Below, piece after piece: positions 26,001 through 37,440 of a stretch of 64,000 nt of DNA (its first letter is position 1; every line of letters begins with the position of its first letter). Below the pieces are notes generated by a model that saw nothing but the letters and a program-made list of their open reading frames with translations, did not search any database and had not been told where the DNA came from. Position numbers and translations under genes: made by a program. This stretch comes from Podarcis gaigeae (Eukaryota): NCBI GenBank assembly GCA_964106915.2, contig OZ066918.1. One strand, given 5' to 3'.

Positions 26001-28940
26001 GTAAACTGTTTTCAGAGGTTACCAAGATGTGTTGAGAAGTGGCAGGTTTTTTTCTAGGAAGCTAACATTTCAGCTGCAATGTGAAGGAAATATGTTTCTG
26101 GTAACCACCTGATTTTCTTCTATAGCAAAGCCAGGTCACAGGAAGGATTTCATTTTTTCTGCAACAAGCAATCTTATCTCTTCAAGTTGACATGGGCCCC
26201 TATCTCCATGCTATCTATAATTTGTTGTCTCTTATGTAGCCCAAACAACATTCAGGCAGTAATTCAGAGATAACACTACTACTCATAAATGTACAGTATT
26301 GGAAATGAAAATAGTAGAGCTTCACATTGAAATTTGTAATTTTCTAGATACAAAATGTGAATTTAGAAAGAAATTGGGAGATTCTTCAGAGTTCTCCCAT
26401 TCCTAGATAAATAGGCAGGTTCGATTTGCGATTTGTATTTCCAAAACATTTTTCTAAGGCAATTGCATAATGATTGTTTGCCTTGTCTTCTAGGTTATGG
26501 GACATTGAATGTGGGGCATGTTTGCGAGTTCTGGAAGGCCACGAAGAGCTGGTGAGATGTATTCGCTTTGATACCAAGAGGATAGTCAGTGGAGCCTATG
26601 ATGGGTGAGAATTTATTATTAATTTATTTATTAATGAAATTTCTATTCTGCCTTTCATCCAAGGATCACAGAGCAGTTTGCAAATTTAGTGATGAAATAG
26701 AAATGTCTAGAGTCTCTCTCCCACCCACCCCAAACTGACTGTTACCCTGAAGGCTAGAAAATTAGAAATGCCTTACTCTGACAGATCCAGTGCTTCACTG
26801 AGCAAGTAACCTGCATGCAATTTGGATTTTTAGAAGAAAGAGAGAATCAATTTTCCCCATTCAGCATTACAAATATAAAATGCAACAAGAACAGATACCA
26901 GTAGTATTTAAAGGAGGAGATATTAAAATACATTGCAGGTTCTGCAAAGACAACCACTTATAGTAGCAATCAAATTTGCTTTCCTGCTGGCTTCATTTGG
27001 ATAAGTGGAAGGTAGAATTTGCTTATAAAAGTCCCATTAACAGGACCTAAAATAAAAGACATGCTTGGTGAGGTAAACACTACTTGGATTCACCAAATTA
27101 TACATGTTATTACTATTACTGAAGTCATATCACAGTACAATACAGTGTAACGTTTATCATTCCTTCCATTATAATTGATGTCACCTCTTTAGTTTTAATT
27201 TGTCTTTATGTTAACCATACGCTTCCCATTAAGATCTGTTATCTTCATATCAACCATGCTACCTCCAGCCTACACAAGAGAAAACAGCAAAGCCAAGTTG
27301 CAAGAACAGATGCACATCTATATTTTTCTCCATGAAGTAGATTGATCAGCTGAGATGGATTAATAACATGTAGTGCTTGCACTTACTTTTTAATGAAACC
27401 CTGGTTCTTCCTTCTTTTTCGTGCCACCAGGAAAATTAAGGTGTGGGATCTGGTAGCTGCCCTGGACCCTCGTGCCCCTGCTGGAACCCTCTGCCTGCGC
27501 ACTCTTGTGGTAAGAGCTTTTGATTGATCTCGGGTGGGAGGGAATATATTTACCCAGTATTAATACATAATAAAACTTCACCTGGATTGTCAAATGAGAG
27601 TTAGACTAAAATATGCTCCTCCTTAGCCATGCCACCAAATCTAATCCATTAAAGAATGCTGCTTTGTGTAAGCTTGCATCATATGCAAAAGAAGTCCTAA
27701 TATAGGTTTGTCTTGAATTTGCCTTGCCTTAAAACTATGCCTTAAAGTGGAGAATAAGCAGAATACAAAGACTCTAATGGTGGCATTGAGCTTGTCTGCT
27801 CTGTGGCAAATGTGTCCATTGTTGTAGCAATGCAGTTGTGCTTTTTCCAAACTAATTCACACGGTATAGGCCAGCTCAACTCCTTCTGCCTGATATATAT
27901 CTAAATACACTTGTGCTGCTGTATAGAGAACATAGGACCCAGAGGATAAGTGAAAAAGCAGCCACCTTGTTTCGTTGTTCTGTTCCTAGAGGACCAAATA
28001 TATGAAGTGGTGTAGAATTCATTAAGCCTTAATGAGGTGCTGGGGGAGTCAGTGCTCATTACCCCTGAGTGACTATGTTCACACTTCAGCTGAGACTGAC
28101 TTGTGAATCCTGCTGCTTGTGGCTAAACCACCACTGTAAACAAACCCTAAGATTTCACTGCCTCATTAAAGTTGTGTCTGATACTCTTACCTTCAAAAGG
28201 GTGAGCAGAAACAGGCAAGTTTTAGGTGCTTGCAAACTGGGGAAATGTAACATTTGCTGTTTTGCTGCATCTCCTCAGGATCTAAAATTAAACCTGTCTC
28301 TGCAATGAATGCAGCATAGTGTGTGCTGTTTTATTTTCCATTTCCAGATGATAAGAGGAAAGGCCACATAATAAATACTCATTTCACATAAGAGAGTAAG
28401 AAATGCTCTGCTGGATCAGAACAAGAATTTGTCTAGTCCAGCATCCTGTTTTCACCAGTGGCCAGCCAGATTGGACTAGAATGGCCACAAATGGGACAAA
28501 AAGCAACAACTAACTTTTCTAAGTGCCCTCCTCCCTCAAGTATTCCCAGCTTCTGGAATTTAGAGGTTGAACATGAGTGCAAACCTTTTCCTGATTTTTT
28601 CACAGAAATGGTTTGTTAGGTAATGAAAGGACTGCTTGTTTGTGCAGTTGGTTCTTTAGGAGGAGGTGTATACTTCTGTATTAAAACATCACATTTCTGT
28701 AATCAGAAACATACAGTGCTAAGATCACAGCAACCCTTAATGCTTCTGAATTTGACTTGTCTCCCTTTTCCTATCCAGGAGCACTCCGGCAGAGTTTTCC
28801 GGCTCCAGTTTGACGAATTTCAAATAGTTAGCAGCTCGCATGATGACACCATCCTCATCTGGGACTTCCTGAATGATCCAGCTACCCAAGCAGAATCTAA
28901 CCGCTCCCCTTCCAGAACATACACTTACATCTCCAGATAA
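11365..28940 (+). CDS. BTRC: Beta-transducin repeat containing E3 ligase F-box/WD40 substrate receptor (beta-TrCP1), 5'-partial, 10 coding exons in window
   Basis: Exons 11365-11596, 15746-15932, 19338-19434, 20502-20639, 21170-21288, 22793-23042, 23401-23519, 26494-26604, 27431-27509, 28779-28940. All are GT-AG and phase-compatible; 1494 nt = 497 aa + TAA, from [17 protein letters not shown] to [29 protein letters not shown] and KPPDGxAPPNSFY are BTRC-type rather than FBXW11-type. Confidence 0.97.
11965..12151. mobile_element. hAT (Charlie-like) MITE
   Basis: TIRs CAGGGGTAGTCAACCT / AGGTTGACAACCCCTG; 8-bp TSD GTCTAGAA/GTCCAGAA. Confidence 0.88.
13880..14055 (+). mobile_element. Degenerate tRNA-derived squamate SINE
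   Basis: tgtagctcagtgatagagcacatg (A-box-like)...ggtcctggcatctcc...gtagacaatactga...gttccta. Confidence 0.65.
14070..14143. repeat. Compound microsatellite (TAG)n(TTA)n
   Basis: Direct reading; adjoins a LINE 3'-end fragment, so probably derived from its tail. Confidence 0.95.
15170..15233. repeat. (TG)n-(CG)n-(CA)n alternating purine-pyrimidine tract
   Basis: Direct reading. Confidence 0.95.
15746..15932 (+). CDS. BTRC: BTRC exon (F-box), 187 nt
   Basis: cttccag|CT CGC GGC CTG...GGA TG|gtgaga; [63 protein letters not shown]. Not in the ORF track. Confidence 0.96.
16602..16815 (+). mobile_element. tRNA-derived CORE-like SINE
   Basis: gagccactgtggtgtagtgattagtgt...cactgggtgaccttggaccagtcactgcctct...aacctaccttacaaggttgttgtggggattaa. 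Confidence 0.7.
16975..17014. repeat. (TC)n(CA)n microsatellite
   Basis: Direct reading. Confidence 0.9.
19338..19434 (+). CDS. BTRC: BTRC exon (linker), 97 nt
   Basis: cttttag|G GGA CAG TAT...ATA GAG|gtaaga; [32 protein letters not shown]. Confidence 0.95.
20502..20639 (+). CDS. BTRC: BTRC exon (WD1), 138 nt
   Basis: ccccag|ACA ATA GAA...ATC AAG|gtgaga; [46 protein letters not shown]. Confidence 0.96.
21170..21288 (+). CDS. BTRC: BTRC exon (WD2), 119 nt
   Basis: ttcctag|ATT TGG GAC...GTC AG|gtag; [40 protein letters not shown]. Confidence 0.96.
21779..21813. repeat. (CA)n microsatellite
   Basis: Direct reading. Confidence 0.9.
22520..22630 (+). mobile_element. Ancient MIR/CORE-SINE remnant
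   Basis: tgtgacactgagcaaattac...tcagttccccatatgtaaaatggatatagtaat...taccacacaaagttgctgggagg resembles the CORE domain. Confidence 0.6.
22793..23042 (+). CDS. BTRC: BTRC exon (WD3-4), 250 nt
   Basis: ttccag|A GTG TGG GAT...ATT AAG|gtgca; [25 protein letters not shown]...[11 protein letters not shown]. Confidence 0.96.
23401..23519 (+). CDS. BTRC: BTRC exon (WD5), 119 nt
   Basis: cttacag|GTC TGG AAC...ATC AG|gtaaga; [40 protein letters not shown]. Confidence 0.96.
26494..26604 (+). CDS. BTRC: BTRC exon (WD6), 111 nt
   Basis: cttctag|G TTA TGG...GAT GG|gtgaga; [37 protein letters not shown]. Confidence 0.96.
27431..27509 (+). CDS. BTRC: BTRC exon, 79 nt
   Basis: caccag|G AAA ATT...CTT GTG|gtaaga; [26 protein letters not shown]. 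Confidence 0.96.
28779..28940 (+). CDS. BTRC: BTRC last coding exon (WD7 + C-terminus); exon continues as UTR to donor at 28972
   Basis: atccag|GAG CAC TCC...TCC AGA TAA; [53 protein letters not shown]; donor CAG|gtaaaa at 28972/28973. Confidence 0.96.
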   Translation, partial: EHSGRVFRLQFDEFQIVSSSHDDTILIWDFLNDPATQAESNRSPSRTYTYISR

Positions 28941-29622
28941 ATAGCACTACACTGTACCTCACACTTGCACAGGTAAAACAACAACAACACGTTAATGCAG
29001 CAGGTAGGCTGCATGGTGGATAGACATGATTTGTGAATGGAGGTTTTGCTGGTTCCTTAACTGAGAGTATTACTGAAAGCCACTGCAGATAAAGGGAAGG
29101 AGGGTGACAAGGGTGGTTCTGTCCTTTGGCTTCTCAGAACTTCCTTGCCTGTAGGAGCATTAGGAAGAAATGACCATGTAACTGCAGTGGACCAAGAATG
29201 AATTAATTAATTTAAATGAGCACAAGCTGAGGAGAGAACGAAACTGAAGTTTGTAATGAAGAACCACTTCTTACTCTAGCACTCTACCTGGGAGGTGCAA
29301 TTTTCCTACCTCAGCCAAGGATCAGAAACAAGTGATCAGGAAACAGGAAGGAATGTTGTGATCTTTTGTGAGGTTCCTCAAGTGCTCAACCGCCACCCGT
29401 ACTTTTGAAGCATCAGAGTGCTCCATCCAGTTTCCTGGGCACTCCAATCAGCTCCTTGCCACTTCTCAGCACTACTGCCACCTGCAACAGAAACAATGTG
29501 GAGGTGCTGTCACGGTCTCTCCCCAACATAATTTGGGTTTTCCCTCCTTGCCACCACCACCTGTCCTACAAGATGAACGTTAACAATAACTTGGGAAACA
29601 GATCACATACACAGGCTGAGGG

Positions 29623-29624
<2 letters not shown>

Positions 29625-29657
<33 letters not shown>
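29625..29657. repeat. (CA)n microsatellite in the BTRC 3'UTR intron
   Basis: Direct reading. Confidence 0.9.
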
Positions 29658-29658
<1 letters not shown>

Positions 29659-29783
29659 CTCAACAAAGATGTATCCATTTTGAAAAATCTAGGTTGCCTA
29701 TAATCATCTTTTAATGGTTTATAAAATTTCACTAGCAAAAATGTGGATGACAAATAGTTCTTGTCTTTTCTTTCCTTTCCTAG

Positions 29784-32700
29784 GACTCATTTAAGCTGCG
29801 ATATTTAAATTACCTGCCAATGCCAGGGCAAAAGAATTATCCACATAACAGATATAACTGAAGAGAGAGGCTCTCAGACACACTTCTGGAACCAAGTCAG
29901 CACGGGGTTGATCTCGGACAAGGTCTTCTCAGCGCAGCTGACTGCTCAAGTGCTGCTATATCAGAAGATTCCTTTTATCTTTCCTGAATGACTGATGTGT
30001 TACACCTCCCCTCTTCACTCTCTTCTCCCTCCCATCTCCTCTCTTGTCCTGAGTGCAGATGTCCTATAAATATATTTAACATGTTGCCAGAATTTCTTGC
30101 TTCGCTCTTAAGCAGAAAAATCCTTGCCACCATTCGTTCCCATGGGAGAATCACCTTGTAATGTGTTGGTAGGTGGGGAACAGCAGGCTGATGCCTCTAC
30201 CTTTGGGGACTTGTGATAAGGATGCATCTACTTTTTTGTAGATGGGCCTTGGACTTTAAAGGAGGGCCAACTTGATGCCAAATGAAGGCCCCGGTGGCCA
30301 GAAACCAGTCGGGAGATAATGATGAAGTCTAAATAATTTCAGCTAAGCCCTCTGCAGTTAGTCACTTGTCTAAAATCTTCATCCGGCGGATGCCAGTAAA
30401 TGAAAGGTGAAGCTTTCTTCTGCCAAAGTCTAATTTACTTAAGAGGTGAGACTTACTGGTGACAGCATTGGTGATGGGCAGTATTTCTGCTGTCAAAGTA
30501 TATGAATATATTTCCATGTTATTCCTTCCCTCCCCACATGGTGTAGTATTGCACCTCTGCTCCTGCCCCCCCCCCCCCGGAAGAAGAATATGGTATCAAC
30601 AGTAGCAACCACCCTATTCCCTCAGCACTCAGCCAAGAATTCAGACTTTTCCTGTTAACCTGATTGTGTCATTATTCGTTGGCTGGCATTTGTGCTTTGT
30701 TGCCATACTCTGTTGGAAGGGAACCCCTGAAAGAACGGGAGATTCTGATGACTCCACATCTTAGTCTGTAAGCTGCAAGGTCATTTTGTGGTGGAAGGGA
30801 TAAGAGTAGAGGAGAACAGTGGAGGGTCTTAGCTAGGGACAGAAAAGACGAAAAGCAAACCTGTCCTATGGTACTACATAACCCCCCATCATTGTGTGGG
30901 AATAGCATAACGCTTGTCTCCTACAAGGAAGGGTTAACTTCTTTGGCCAAGATTTTAAATTTGGAAGTTAGGGGGAAAGAGCTTCACTTTTATGCTGCTA
31001 AGCAGGTCCCCTCTGTGGCCTGTCTCCTCTTCATTCACTTGGGAGTAGCAATTTCCCCACAGTGAAGTTTGGTATTTGCCATGGCGGGCTCAGAAAGTCA
31101 ATGGAAACTAAGAATAAATGGGCAGCTGGTTCTGTCCTGTAGTTCTCTACTCTGGTTCAAAAGTGAGAGTTTTGTGCAAGTGCTCTGCCTAACCCATGGA
31201 TTCTCAGCCTGCGTATCATCCAGGGCTGCTTTAGCACCAAAGGCATAATCAGAAGTATTTGTTCTCTTGGGGTGGGGATAAACATGCTGATCTTGGTCTG
31301 CTTTTCTTTTTAAGTTTTCTTTGAGAAAAGGCAAAGGAAGTCACAGCTGCAGCTAGAAGGCTTTCCTTAACTCTGCTATCCTTCAGAGTATGAAAAAGGT
31401 TGCCTTGCACACTGAATTGCAAAGCAAGATGGAAAACGAGAGACAGATTGCCACATACTAGTTCTTCATTATGTTTGAAAGCTCACTGTCGCCCCAGCCC
31501 TGTTTCATCACTATTACTCGGATTCCATTTATACTTTGTAGTACAGTATTGACAATGTGTGGAACAGGACTGTAGATCCACTACAACTGGAGCATCAACA
31601 GGTTATTTTCTCTTGCTCGCTGGCAGAGCTGTGAGATCAGTATTTTCTCCCGTGTGTGTGTGTGTGTGTGTGTGTGTGTAGGGAAGTGTCTTTGGCGGTG
31701 GCTCTGTCAAGCACATAGGGGGGTTGTTTCTGTTATGTGGAGTTGGAGATCAGATAAGAGACAATGTCATTTCTGGTGCAGCCTTTCCTTATTGTCATAA
31801 CCCTTCTCTTCCCTGCTGTTGTTCCCAAACACACCTAACTGCTTTGGGGCTTTAAAACAAACAAACATGGTACTGGAGAATTAATTCTAATGTATAAAAC
31901 CTGTCACCAAGGGGAAAGTAGTGAGGTTTTTTCCTGTTAAGTCATTTCAAGGAAGAAGCTGAAATGGTGCTTTTCCAATAGAAGGAGGGCCCACCATGCC
32001 TTGGCATGGAGAAAGGCCACTGCAAAAAGCAAGACCTCCCTCCAACTTCTACCCCACTCAAGTTGCATGAAGTTTACAGCCTTCAGCCTCCTGCATCTCC
32101 AACCATTTGGGGAGGGCTTTGTTCTTCACTGGAAGAGAAAGGCTCTAAAGCATCTCCGTACATGGACATTTCAAGGGTTAATTTGATATGGGTAATTCCA
32201 AATGGATGTGATGCGAAAGCTGAAAAGGGAATTTTAATGACGTTTCTGAAGAGGGGCAGAGCCCTAATATCTTTCTTTGCAATGAAATGCTAACTTGGAA
32301 TTGCTAATCACAAATGGCCTTGCCTTTCACTGGTGTGGAGCGGAGAGCTCCACAGGCAGGTATTTACAGAAGGAGAAGCAGCGCACAACTGGCTCTGAGC
32401 CATAGGAGAGAACCTTGCTGTAAAACTCTGCATTTCTAACCCTAGAGCAATTGAGTAGTTTAAATAACATAAGCTCAGCCTGGGCACCCAGCTGAATACG
32501 TAGCATAGGAACCCCCCCCCCCCCGCAGCAGCGCTAAGCCAATTTCACCGTTCCTGATTAGGCTTCTGAACAAGTTGGACCTTTTGATGACTATTTTAAG
32601 ACTTTATGCTTGCTTCTGAAATTAGAAGATGGGAGAGAGACCCTGCTGCCGCCAGCAAAAAACAAACCTGTTTTGACTTCATAAAAGAAAAGGAGAGTGG

Positions 32701-35150
32701 TACATATGTGTGTTCCCCTTCTCTGGGTTCATATATGAATCTGCCAATTTGAACTCATGTGATTGGTACCTCTCCAAATGAGGTCTTCTGGTCCTGGGGG
32801 TCTTTTCCCTTCCATGCTATGCTCAGACATGTTTAGGAGTTAACAGTGTTATCAAAAGAAGTGACTACTTGTGTGCTGTTTTCTGCTGTTGCTTCATACC
32901 AGGAAGGAACTATTCGATATAGGAGGGTAGGAGGAACATTCAGTAGTTTTTAGTTACAAAGGCTTATAGGGCTTGCATGCCTTCCCAAATTCTCTTGGAT
33001 TTGGGAAGAAAGAATTGGGGGCACATATATGGTCCCTAAGTGGCCTACATATATGATGCATTTTAACAATGCTAAGCTGTGCCCTAATCCATTCCTTTTC
33101 CTTTAATCAAGTGGTCAAATAGGGGGGGTTGGGGCGGGAGGGGTTTCCCTGAAGAAGGAAGCCTTTTGGATTTTTTCCTCAAGCTGCAGTTCTGGGTAAA
33201 TCTCCTTTTTCTGAAATCAATCTTACATATCCAGCTGAGAGTGAGCCAACTAGTTGTGGAAGCACAATTCTCACTTTAGGCCATCATGTCCTGGGCAGTT
33301 TCCACTTGGGTTTAAATGCTGCATCTTGGGAACTGCATGCTCTGGAAGCAACACTTCTGTATTGTAAGTCACCCTTTCTGGTTTATAATATGGCTGCTGG
33401 AATAAAACATGGGTGCAGCCCATGCTTTATTTATAGGCTCCCCTTCAGAATTGTGTTGACTAGTCCTCAATCTGCTTCTTAAAATCAGAGCTCTTTTCAG
33501 GACTGCAGCATCCTATATCATGGGCATAGTTATACATTATATCTTTGGTCTGCAAAATGCAATTGGGCTTTAGAAGGTTTAGGTCTTCTAAAGTGGCAGT
33601 AATCATACAGAGATTTACAATTAGTGACCTTTCAGTGATGCATGGTATGCTCAGGAGGTAGACCTTTGACAAATCAACAATAACCTTCACAATGGAACAT
33701 AACTATGAGGTTAGCCCCATTAAGAAACCATTATTACCTGGCTCTAGAGCTCATGCAAATTCACTGATCTACAGACACCATTCTAGATGCAGAAATGCTT
33801 TCCCTAAAGCACTACTCAGCTTTTCTGGAGAAAGTACAAGTAGTGGTCTGTTCTGTAGGTCTACTTGTGTACATTAAAAAACTAAAATTCACTGTTCAAT
33901 GCAAATCAGTAAAACACCCAAATTCACTTAATTTGTATTGATTTGCATGCTTTCTTCTGAACTCTGCATTTGGGCACTTGCACAAGATCAAATGGACAAT
34001 GAAAGTTTGGACAGGCAAGAGGGTTGTGAAAAGCTGTATGAGTGTGAGCGAAACAAGGTTGCAAGGGTAGGCTTCTAGAAACTAAAGCTTCAGGTTTTGA
34101 CCTGAGCATTTCACAATGGTTCTTGCATGATTTCAAATGTATTTTCACTATAATGAGGGCTAGAAACTTGCTTTTTAAAAAGGGAAGCTGGGATTCTCAG
34201 GAATCTCATATGCATAAATCATTGTTGTGCACGCTGCCCAATCTATGATGCCCAAAGCAGATGCTTTAGCAGAAAGGCACAGAGGACCATTTTCTAAATA
34301 CTCCATGTTTATTTTCTCCATGTTATTGGCTGCCTTTGCTGGTTAAAGCAGAGCTTTTTTTCCTCCTTATCTCTCTGGGATTAAAATGGTCATAGATGGT
34401 CAAAAAAATTCACTTCCAAATTATGAATTTAGGCTGAGTAGGGAAAAGTAAGGTAGCTGTTGAACCATACAAGAGGAAATGCTCACAATATAAATTGCTA
34501 ATTATAATATCTTTTTGTACAGCACGTTAGTGTGGGGGTTGCAAGTTTAAAATCTGGCAAAATTGAATTGGCTCTTATGACAATTTATTCTCTTAACAGC
34601 TTGCTGCTCCTTTGAAAGCAAACACCCACTAGACCAGTGCATGCCTTTAGCAACTGCAGGAAGCTCAGATAACTGTGGGCACAGAAGGTTAAAAAGAAAG
34701 CACATGATCTCTTATTTTTATTTGTAACTCTGCTCTCTTTGTTCTCTAGATTCTAAAAGTAATGAGTGCTTTGGAATTTTTGTGATTATGTTCTGGTGAT
34801 GTGTAGCTAACGTACTAATGTTCACTTGAGCTAGGGTCATGGTAATGTGTGGTTTTTTTAAGAAAAAATATTTTAACTGTTCAGAAGATAACTTAAATAC
34901 AATTATAAGATTAAGCTGTGAACCTGCTGAGCGTGTGTTTTTTCTTTAATCTTAAATGAATGTTTGTTTCCAAGGCACTATGTCAATGAATGAACTAGTG
35001 CAGAACTTCAACCTCATCTCATTGACTGTCATTCATTCACACTGGGGCAGCTTATTCATAAAATCTCAGCGTACTTTATAAGAGTTCCATTCATTAATGA
35101 TATCTTCCATCTAAAGCACTGTAAATTGATCAAAACGTGTGACAGCAAAA
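29784..35150 (+). other. BTRC: BTRC non-coding terminal exon / long 3'UTR (3' end uncertain)
   Basis: Strong acceptor ttgtcttttctttcctttcctag|GACTCATTTAAGCTGCGATATTTAA, similar to the start of the human BTRC terminal exon as I recall it. About 5.5 kb with no recognisable transposon. AATAAA at 31113 and 33401, ATTAAA at 33873 and 34380. Confidence 0.7.
31653..31679. repeat. (GT)n microsatellite in the putative BTRC 3'UTR
   Basis: Direct reading. Confidence 0.9.
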
Positions 35151-35600
35151 GGAGTGCATTTAAAAAGGGAAAATGGATCCTAAATGGATCCTACAGGATA
35201 TTTGAGTGAAAAACTGTGACCTTCCCTTATTTAGAAGATGCACAGAATGCAGCTATTTAAATGTTTTTGGTTCAAAGATGACATACAGAATAATTCAAAT
35301 TCTACCTTCTTACTGGACCCACCATGTGGCTTTGCCACCTTCTGGCTAACTTTTCCCATTAGGTATATTTTTATTTGTGTTTAAGGCCAGTCCATTGTTT
35401 CCCTGACCTGGATTTTCTTTGCAATTAGAAAGTTTGCTCTCCTAGCAGTTCACTTAGTCCACTGAAACTGGCCTTTCGGAATCTTGGTTTAAAAAAGAGA
35501 AAATTCCGCTAACACCCTACACATGAATCCAACAAAACAAAATACCTTGGGTGGTTTGGACAGAACCAAGGATGGAGCTCCACACTCCTGGCCGCACATT

Positions 35601-35735
35601 TATAGAGTCAGAAGGGACCACAAGGGCCATCTAATCCACCCCCCTGCAGTGCAGGAATCTTTAGCTCAATATGGGCCTTATCCCCACAACTCTGAGATTA
35701 AGAGTTTCATGCTCTACCGACTGAGCTAGCCAAGC
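35601..35735 (-). mobile_element. tRNA-Lys-derived SINE with CR1-like 3' tail
   Basis: Minus strand GGCTAGCTCAGTCGGTAGAGCATGAAACTCTTAATCTCAG (tRNA-Lys-CTT-like, T-arm degenerate), then agattcctgcactgcagggggtggattagatggcccttgtggtcccttc (CR1 3' end). Confidence 0.8.
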
Positions 35736-36644
35736 CTTGTCTTGGCTTCTGCTGCTCTCTCTTTTGTCTGCCTTGCATTTTCAATAAGACTAATGTGTAT
35801 CACACTATTTTCTAGATGTCACTGTACCATATATTGCAGCAGACCTGGCTACTACCTTCTCCATGATTTTCCTTCAGGAAGGCTGGTGGGAAAACAGATG
35901 GAAAACATAGGCACCTTGGAGACACCCTCAAAACAGCAGGGCCTATATGAAGTAAAATCTGTTCTGTGTATCATAACATCCTTGTCCAACTATGCAAAAT
36001 GCCTGTAAATTGCCTGTACAATCTATGGTTGCAGAGCAAAACCATGAACGAAGGGCAGGGAGGGGGAAAACAGTTATTTTCCAGTTAGAAATCAAACTCC
36101 AAAGGTTGCTTGTTTGCTAGATTTAACAAATGTTTTAGACTGCAAAAAAACCCAAACCATCCAAGTAGCATTTCATTTAAGAAATAATATAAAAATTTAA
36201 CAAAACAAATTCTAGACATTTCCAAACATTTGAGGACAAATCAACCACAATACTAAACTTGAAAGATCCTGAATGAAGAAAGAGGGTTCTGGCATCATCA
36301 ATTAAGGAAACCCTTCAAAACAGTATTGCAGACCATAAAAGTTGCTAGCCCTCAAAATTATTTACTAGCCTGCTAGGGGCTGGTAAAGAAGTATATATGT
36401 GCTGCCATTTCTCTAAATTTTACAGCATTGCTTGCTACTAGTGCCTTCACTTTTTACTTGCGTATTTGGAAGGTTTGTTTGTCCCTATTTTGTTCTCAGG
36501 CTACTGGGCCCCTCACAGGACACTGCCTGTTGCTCTCCCCTTTTCACCTCCTATTCCTAATACGCCAAAGGACGTATTTCCACTAGGTTTCCAGCTCAGT
36601 GTGGACATTCGCCTTTACATGACTGGCTTTCTAGGTAGTATATA

Positions 36645-37183
36645 CCGTATTTTTCGCTCTATAGGACACATTTTTTCCCCTCCAAAAATGAAGGGGAAAT
36701 ATGTGTGCGTCCTATGGAGCGAATGCAGGCTTTCGCTGAAGCCTGGAGAGTGAGAGGAGTCAGTGCGCACCGACCCCTCTCGCTCTCCAGGCTTCAGGAA
36801 GCTATCAGCAAGCCTGGGGAGCCCGACGGGAGTTCCCGCCGGGCTCCCAAGGCTTGTGGATAGCAGCCTGCATCCCGAAGCCTGGGGCACACTGAGCAGC
36901 CTTCCCGCTGTTCCCCGACCTGGTCTTTGGGGCTGGCGGTGGGGGAAAGCAGCACTCCCCCCCCCCGTCAGCCCCAAAGAGCAGGTCGAAAGGAACCCAA
37001 CGCCTCCAGAGCCCAGTGGGAACTCCTGCTGGGCTCCGGAGGCTTTGGGTGAACGCACCTTGAACGCACAGAACGCACCTTGACTTAGAGGGGAAGAACA
37101 AGAATTTTGTTTTTCCTGTTCTCCCACTCCTATGGTCCGGTGCATCCTATGGTCCGGTGTGTCCAATAGAGCGAAAAATACGG
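36645..37183. mobile_element. Tc2/pogo-like non-autonomous DNA transposon
   Basis: 25-bp TIRs CCGTATTTTTCGCTCTATAGGACAC / GTGTCCAATAGAGCGAAAAATACGG, TA TSD; GC-rich interior with the inverted repeat ctgaagcctggagag...ctctccaggcttcag. Confidence 0.9.
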
Positions 37184-37440
37184 TACATTTTATCTTTTGG
37201 CACCCTGCCTTGAGGAAAGGGACCTGGCTAAATCTGGACTACGTCAAGTAGTATGTTCTGGGTAGTTACCTGCTGAGGTCCTCTGCTTCACTCAGTCGGC
37301 CACCCAAGATGCTGTTTTGAGGAGTAGTGAGAAAACTGAAATCCTAAAGTGGCTTTGTTTAGGATTCCCAACTCCAATGATAAAATGTGCTATGAGAAAG
37401 GTAGAGTATATTTCATATATATACTATGCTGGGGTGGAAA

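Noticed and set aside
35660-35735. Possible tRNA-Lys(CTT) gene on the minus strand
   Set aside because: T-arm/B-box and acceptor stem are degenerate, and it runs into a CR1 tail, so it is a SINE head.
36615-37166. 183-aa ORF filling the Tc2-like element
   Set aside because: GC-rich low-complexity translation with no HTH or DDE motif; the element is too short to be autonomous.
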